DNA of 30,340 nt, taken from sequence record BK067783.1, one strand, 5' to 3'. Positions within the stretch are counted from its first letter, which is position 1. The number at the start of each line of letters is the position of its first letter. Shown here piece after piece: positions 25,251-30,340 of the stretch. The translations under genes were made by a program, and so were the position numbers. The notes beneath the pieces were generated by a model that saw nothing but the letters and a program-made list of their open reading frames with translations, was not told the DNA's origin and did no database searches.

Positions 25251-25257
25251 CTTTTTT
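25251..25257 (+). terminator. Oligo-T archaeal terminator after MCP
   Basis: T tract about 20 nt after the stop codon. Confidence 0.55.
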
Positions 25258-25476
25258 ATATTATGATTGCTAGGAGTAGTGCTATAAACAATACGTGATC
25301 CAATTTGTCCATATTATACAATAGAGACAGGTACAGATAAGAACGAGTATGTAACATAACAAGACAAAACTTTATGTAATTCTATATCTAATTCAATCTA
25401 TGACCTATGGAGAACCTTTAGAGTTCTTTAGAAAACTAGCCAAGACAAATCCAAAGAAAGGAGAACCATTTTACAA

Positions 25477-25605
25477 ATGAGTATCTTTGATTTGTTGGTG
25501 GATGTAGCGGTAGCTAGTGCCATTATAAAAACTACAAAGAAGCTATCAGATGATACTAAAGAATCAGATAATTCCAAGTATGAAGCCTTAGGGGTGAAAG
25601 ATTGA
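25477..25605 (+). CDS. Micro-protein, 42 aa (not in track)
   Basis: AAGGAG upstream; TTGA overlap with the next gene. Confidence 0.55.
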   Translation: MSIFDLLVDVAVASAIIKTTKKLSDDTKESDNSKYEALGVKD

Positions 25606-25871
25606 GTAGTCTTGTATTTCTTGGACTTTCTACAATCGTATTCATAATAACATACGGAATTGTATTTCTACTTGTTCCGCAAATACTAGGACACTTCTTT
25701 ACTGTACTTGATTCATACAATCTTACCAGTACCATGTCATCTAGTTGGCAAGCAATTTATACACAAAATGAAAACACTACTAAATTTCTAGTACCGTTAA
25801 TTCCTAGTATTGGAGTTTTTCTACTAGTCTTGAAAGTGCTTATGGCAGCTTCGGTTAAAGGAAGTGACTAG
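25602..25871 (+). CDS. Two-helix hydrophobic protein, possible minor capsid protein
   Basis: Same size and topology as the MCP; NLT/NTT sequons in the loop. Confidence 0.65.
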   Translation: MSSLVFLGLSTIVFIITYGIVFLLVPQILGHFFTVLDSYNLTSTMSSSWQAIYTQNENTTKFLVPLIPSIGVFLLVLKVLMAASVKGSD

Positions 25872-25911
25872 GCATAAACTTTATTAATTATTGTTATAGA
25901 GAAATGATACC

Positions 25912-26523
25912 ATGAAAAGACTTTCTTTTATATCATCACATCCTAAAACCTCAATCATATTAATTATTCTTGCTGGTGCTATTTCCAGTTCAGCTTATGC
26001 AGCTAGTACCATAATAACTGATACTGGAATTACAACAACTAATCTTACAGTAACAGGAACTTGTTCAGGTTGTGGTGGTGCTGGTAGTTTTAATTCTTAT
26101 GCTTTAGTTTTTAATAATACAATAGCAACAACTAATATTCATTTTATAAATAAGTTTCAAATTGGTAATGACAAATCAGTCTTAGTTTCAGATACTTTTG
26201 TACAGGGTTATATGATAAACAGTACACAACAAGTAATTAATTCATTTTCTAATTCTGGTGCAGTAGTCGAGAATACTCCACAAAATGATCAATCATTCGG
26301 GGGGAAATATAAAATAGCTTACAATGATTCTACAAAGAAAATAACAGTATCAAAGAATGATGCGGTATTACAAACTCTATTCATTAACACATCACAGTTT
26401 AATGATGGTACAAACTTATCCAATGAAGGTGTATCTATATCAAGTGATGGAAAATATATAGGAATATTTGGTTTAGATACTACTGGAATAATTGACAGAC
26501 TAATAATCTATCAGGGATCATAA
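25912..26523 (+). CDS. Secreted beta-rich putative virion protein
   Basis: Signal peptide ending AYA; sequons. Confidence 0.75.
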   Translation: MKRLSFISSHPKTSIILIILAGAISSSAYAASTIITDTGITTTNLTVTGTCSGCGGAGSFNSYALVFNNTIATTNIHFINKFQIGNDKSVLVSDTFVQGYMINSTQQVINSFSNSGAVVENTPQNDQSFGGKYKIAYNDSTKKITVSKNDAVLQTLFINTSQFNDGTNLSNEGVSISSDGKYIGIFGLDTTGIIDRLIIYQGS

Positions 26524-27931
26524 TGGAACGGAATAAAAAAAAAACGAGTTCTATTTACTCGTCCTGTTAGGAATTTCTGTACTATCCATATTTTATATCC
26601 ATGATGCTTATGCAGTAGATGTTTATCCCGGTACTCAAATACAAAACAGCGCACCTCATCCTTATTCAAATTATACAGCTGATGTACATCCATTCTTTAC
26701 TGTTAGTTCCATAACAACAAACACTAATCATATATTTCTTGGTTCACCATCATATGATATTGTATGGATTGGAAATACAGTAAACGCTAACATTACATCT
26801 TTCCATGAAGGTGTAAACGCTACATTCAAAATAACAAACAATCCAGTTAATCCAACATTTACTATTCTAGGATTAATCCAACAGGTTAAGCTAGATGGAG
26901 TTATACAACCATATGGATCTACATGGTCATATACTGGTGGTAATACCATGACTCAAATCAGTCCGGGTACACATCATACCATATTCATATCATGGGTAGC
27001 TGGTTCTATTACATCATCTAGCTTTACAATAAAAGGAATTATTCTAAGTGGAGCTGGTGTATTTTCTAATTCAAACATAACTTTATCCAGTCCTGTTAAT
27101 TCTAATCTTACTGCATTACTTTTATTTAATCAAAATGGTTTACAAGACTCTATAATATTTAATCCACCTTTCCCTTTGGTAGCTGGTACACAACTTACTA
27201 TTCCAATTACTTTACGTGACATATCAAATCCAGTTGGAACTATTACCTATACAGAAGAAGCTATTGTATCAACACCAACGCAAGTAAGTGTAATAACATC
27301 TACACCGTTTAATTTAATATTTAATTCATTTAGACCGGGTTCGTTAAACTTTAATCAAACCAATACAAACGTGCTTCCTATCTATTTCATAACAACACAG
27401 ATAAACGCAAGTGATAAAAGATTGTCAGTGATATATCCTAATACAATGAATCTGCAATGTAACCTAGCTTATACATATGCCTTCACAAACAAAACCTATG
27501 GAGCTCCATTACCTAATGTTCCTTATACACCAGATCCAAATCATGTAAACTCTAGCTTCATATTCCATAAAGTAAACAATGAAATAATAACTGTATCTTG
27601 TCTTGATACTATATCATCTTCAACAGGCAAATACATTTTAACTCAAACTGGTTTTCCTTTACAAACTCAGGTATCAGGTTTTAGAAACGGAACATTTGGA
27701 ACACATGGACAATTTGGAGTATTTGATTTAATTTCACTAGTGGGAATAATAATAGCCATGATAGGATTCAATAGAAAGAATGAATCAGTGGGTGCTTTCT
27801 TTGCACTAGCAATATTAGGCATAGAAGGACTGATACAAATCATAACAATAAATACAGCAATCATAGGAGCTTTGATCGTGATAACAATGCTCATATATCT
27901 CTCGACACGCAAATCACAGGATTTTGGTTAG
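26523..27931 (+). CDS. VP4-like surface protein with C-terminal TMs, interrupted by a frameshift in A10 (26535-26544)
   Basis: The frame of 26948..27931 is open back to 26537 and encodes a signal peptide but has no start codon; the ATG at 26523 joins it only via a -1 shift. Confidence 0.75.
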
Positions 27932-27945
27932 GGTGATAAATTAGC

Positions 27946-28362
27946 TTGGTCTTTGTAATTGAGAAAAGTTTATTAGCAGTAATTTTCGTGTACTGTGTAA
28001 ATATTTCAATGTTAGGTGGACAATTTATCTTTGGTGATGTGATGCACATTCAACTAACTAATTTCTCTGGTGTACCAATTAAGACAGATATATTTTCTAA
28101 TATACAGACAGCAACACTAAACCAAGAACAACAAGCATTTACTAACCAGACTTCTTCTTGGATTAGTCAGATACAAAACCCTGCGACATATTTAGGATCA
28201 GCTGCTATAATAGCTTGGGATATGATTTTATTAATATCTGGATTTTACATATTTGGTATAATGAATGATATGCAAGTACCAATAATTTTCATAATGGGAT
28301 TCATGGCATTATACACTTTCTTTTTAGGTCGTTCCATAATGGGATTGGTGCGTGGCATTTAG
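27946..28362 (+). CDS. Multi-TM putative structural protein
   Basis: Hydrophobic termini and a sequon-bearing loop. Confidence 0.75.
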   Translation: MVFVIEKSLLAVIFVYCVNISMLGGQFIFGDVMHIQLTNFSGVPIKTDIFSNIQTATLNQEQQAFTNQTSSWISQIQNPATYLGSAAIIAWDMILLISGFYIFGIMNDMQVPIIFIMGFMALYTFFLGRSIMGLVRGI

Positions 28363-28365
28363 TTT

Positions 28366-28776
28366 ATGGAAATTTCTATTCTTGAATATATTGTGTACGC
28401 TTTAATTGGATATTCTTCTTTCGCTGTTCTAATTGTTTCAGCTGTTAAAGAAATTCCAGATAGTAGAGTCTTATCTTTAGTTAGAGTAATTTATTTATTT
28501 CCCGGTATCATAGCATTAATGATTCTTGCAAGCTCTGGAATAAACATAGATGTAAATACAGTAACAACAAACAACTTAATCAAATCCATAAACACTACAC
28601 AAACATGGACAGAAGCTACGACACAATCAAATACTATCATACTTCAAAATCCAGTATGGTCAATGTTCCATTGGTTGTTAGCTATTACTCTAATATTCTA
28701 TATGATAAAACAAATCTTGAACCTGTTAACAAAAGCACCAGCTCAGGGCGTAAGGGAAGATAATGAAGTCGAATGA
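28366..28776 (+). CDS. Three-TM putative structural protein
   Basis: Three hydrophobic segments. Confidence 0.75.
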   Translation: MEISILEYIVYALIGYSSFAVLIVSAVKEIPDSRVLSLVRVIYLFPGIIALMILASSGINIDVNTVTTNNLIKSINTTQTWTEATTQSNTIILQNPVWSMFHWLLAITLIFYMIKQILNLLTKAPAQGVREDNEVE

Positions 28777-30340
28777 TAAGAAGAACTTACCTTCTAATCC
28801 TAATAGTTTTTATATCATCTATCTACATTTCATCAGCTAACGCACAATTCGCAATTCAACCACCAACCGTTAACATACCACCAACAAATGCGTACAATCA
28901 ATTTAATGTAAGCAATGCTACCATTTCAGCAAAGAACTTTATTGCTTCTGTTAATATAGTAGGAAAGAATGGTTTAGGTGTAACAGGTTCTAACAGTTCT
29001 CAAACAATATATCTAACAGCTCCTAATCCATCATCAGGATTACCAACTACTTATTGTCCTGCTAACTTTGGATTTGTTTCTTATAACGCAACGACAAATA
29101 TTCTAGCTTGTGCATTGTTAAATCAAACTGGATCTGGTTCTGGTGTAACATCATTAAATAGTTTGACAGGTGCTTTAACAATAGCCAAAGGAACAAACAT
29201 CAATTCCATAACCGCAGCTGGTAATACTATAACCATAAACGCAGCTGGTTGGCAAAACAATACGGGTTCTAATTTAGGTACAAGTGGTTCTGGTGTCTTT
29301 GCTTCAATGAGTGGATCAATATTGCAATTCTTAAAACTAATATCATCAAATTCCTTTCTAAGTATAACAACAAACTCCACCAATGTTATATTTAATATTC
29401 CAAGTATTGTAACAAAATTAATTGCTGGTACTGGAATATCGGTAAATCAAACATCAGGAAATATTTTAGTAACTAATACGGGTGTGACAAAATTAGCTGC
29501 AACATCACCAGTTGTAGTTAACGCATCAACTGGTCAAGTAAATGTTTCTTGCCCTACTTGTTCAACTACAACAGGAACTATAACAGGAAGTGCAAACGCT
29601 GGTAAAGCTACTGGTTCAGTTGGTGTATTATCAACACCTACAACTACGTTAATCAAAGGCAGAAACATGACAGGTACTAGTCCTATTGTAGTTACAAAAA
29701 CAAATGATACAGATATAGCTATATCATGTCCAACATGTTCTAGTACAACTGGAACAATCACTGGTGGATCTAATATCGGTACTTCTGGTTTTGGTTTCTT
29801 CAAGAACAGTACAAATAATAATATTAATCTAAGAAACTTAACTACTTCAAGATCTGATCTATTTACAATAACTCAATCTTCTAATAATGTTAATCTAGCT
29901 TCTAGTTTCAAATCTAATACTATTGCATGTACGAATCAATTCATTTCTGCATTTACAAATTCAACTGGAATTTATACATGTGCAACACCCACTAATACAG
30001 CTCAAGTAGTAAGCGCAGACAATGGAGTAAGTTTAATTAGTTCACAATTTAATGCAACAGAAACAAAATTAAAATCATTACGTAATTCAACAGCTTATGT
30101 ATTATGGAATCATAATACAACATCAATTACACCTAGCTTCCAGTTTAAAATTAATACAAAGGCTTGTACAAACAATCAATTTATATCAGCAATATCAAAC
30201 AGTTCAGATTCTACATGTAATAAAATGTTACTTAATGCAGTAAGTAAAACTAATTCTTATACTGTTGCATCTACAGATGATATTATATTAGTAAATGCAA
30301 CAGGAGGTAACTATACTATTACTATTCCTACTATAGCAAC
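28773..30340 (+). CDS. N-terminal part of the ~1012-aa adhesin (not in track; continues at 1..1471)
   Basis: Translated by hand with no stop. ATGA overlap; signal peptide ending SANA; about 20 N-x-S/T sequons; internal repeats. Confidence 0.85.
   Translation, partial: MIRRTYLLILIVFISSIYISSANAQFAIQPPTVNIPPTNAYNQFNVSNATISAKNFIASVNIVGKNGLGVTGSNSSQTIYLTAPNPSSGLPTTYCPANFGFVSYNATTNILACALLNQTGSGSGVTSLNSLTGALTIAKGTNINSITAAGNTITINAAGWQNNTGSNLGTSGSGVFASMSGSILQFLKLISSNSFLSITTNSTNVIFNIPSIVTKLIAGTGISVNQTSGNILVTNTGVTKLAATSPVVVNASTGQVNVSCPTCSTTTGTITGSANAGKATGSVGVLSTPTTTLIKGRNMTGTSPIVVTKTNDTDIAISCPTCSSTTGTITGGSNIGTSGFGFFKNSTNNNINLRNLTTSRSDLFTITQSSNNVNLASSFKSNTIACTNQFISAFTNSTGIYTCATPTNTAQVVSADNGVSLISSQFNATETKLKSLRNSTAYVLWNHNTTSITPSFQFKINTKACTNNQFISAISNSSDSTCNKMLLNAVSKTNSYTVASTDDIILVNATGGNYTITIPTIA

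Larger units (their letters stand above)
1..30340. mobile_element. Complete circular genome of a putative spindle-shaped archaeal virus (probable host Nitrososphaerota)
   Basis: End and start of the window join in frame inside one gene. Spindle-virus-type MCP, P-loop ATPase, membrane structural genes and tyrosine recombinase are present. Archaeal TATA boxes lie about 30 nt before leaderless ATGs. A thaumarchaeal-type wHTH is present. No head-tail hallmark genes. Confidence 0.85.

Noticed and set aside
1-30340. Head-tail virus (Caudoviricetes) or diversity-generating retroelement
   Set aside because: No terminase, portal, HK97 capsid or reverse transcriptase motifs seen; tail-fibre-like motifs alone are shared across virus groups.

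Overview
The window appears to be a complete circular genome (30,340 bp, AT-rich) of a spindle/lemon-shaped archaeal virus, most likely infecting an ammonia-oxidising archaeon (Nitrososphaerota). An ORF missing from the track opens at 28773, runs without a stop to 30340 and continues in frame into 1..1471. The join reconstructs one continuous tail-fibre-type motif and a ~1012-aa signal-peptide adhesin. The structural module (22673 to 1471, wrapping) includes a two-helix hydrophobic major capsid protein (24948..25229), several small membrane proteins and a VP4-like protein split by an A10 run. Also present are a P-loop ATPase, a short tyrosine recombinase, two adenine-MTase-like proteins with atypical catalytic motifs, an HNH/wHTH-like protein followed by an origin-like repeat region, a SLOG protein, a thaumarchaeal-type wHTH regulator, and an unannotated RHH repressor in a divergent promoter switch. 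About 20 micro-ORFs, many Cys/His-rich, are absent from the track. No DNA polymerase, helicase, primase, terminase, portal or HK97 capsid gene was recognised. The most novel-looking signal is a possible RNA regulatory layer: two small RNAs with a shared 5' motif, a structured leader whose hairpin loop pairs with its own ribosome-binding site and whose 5' end is complementary to those sRNAs, and a tRNA-like element inside an operon. All family assignments come from motif recognition by eye; no database searches were run.
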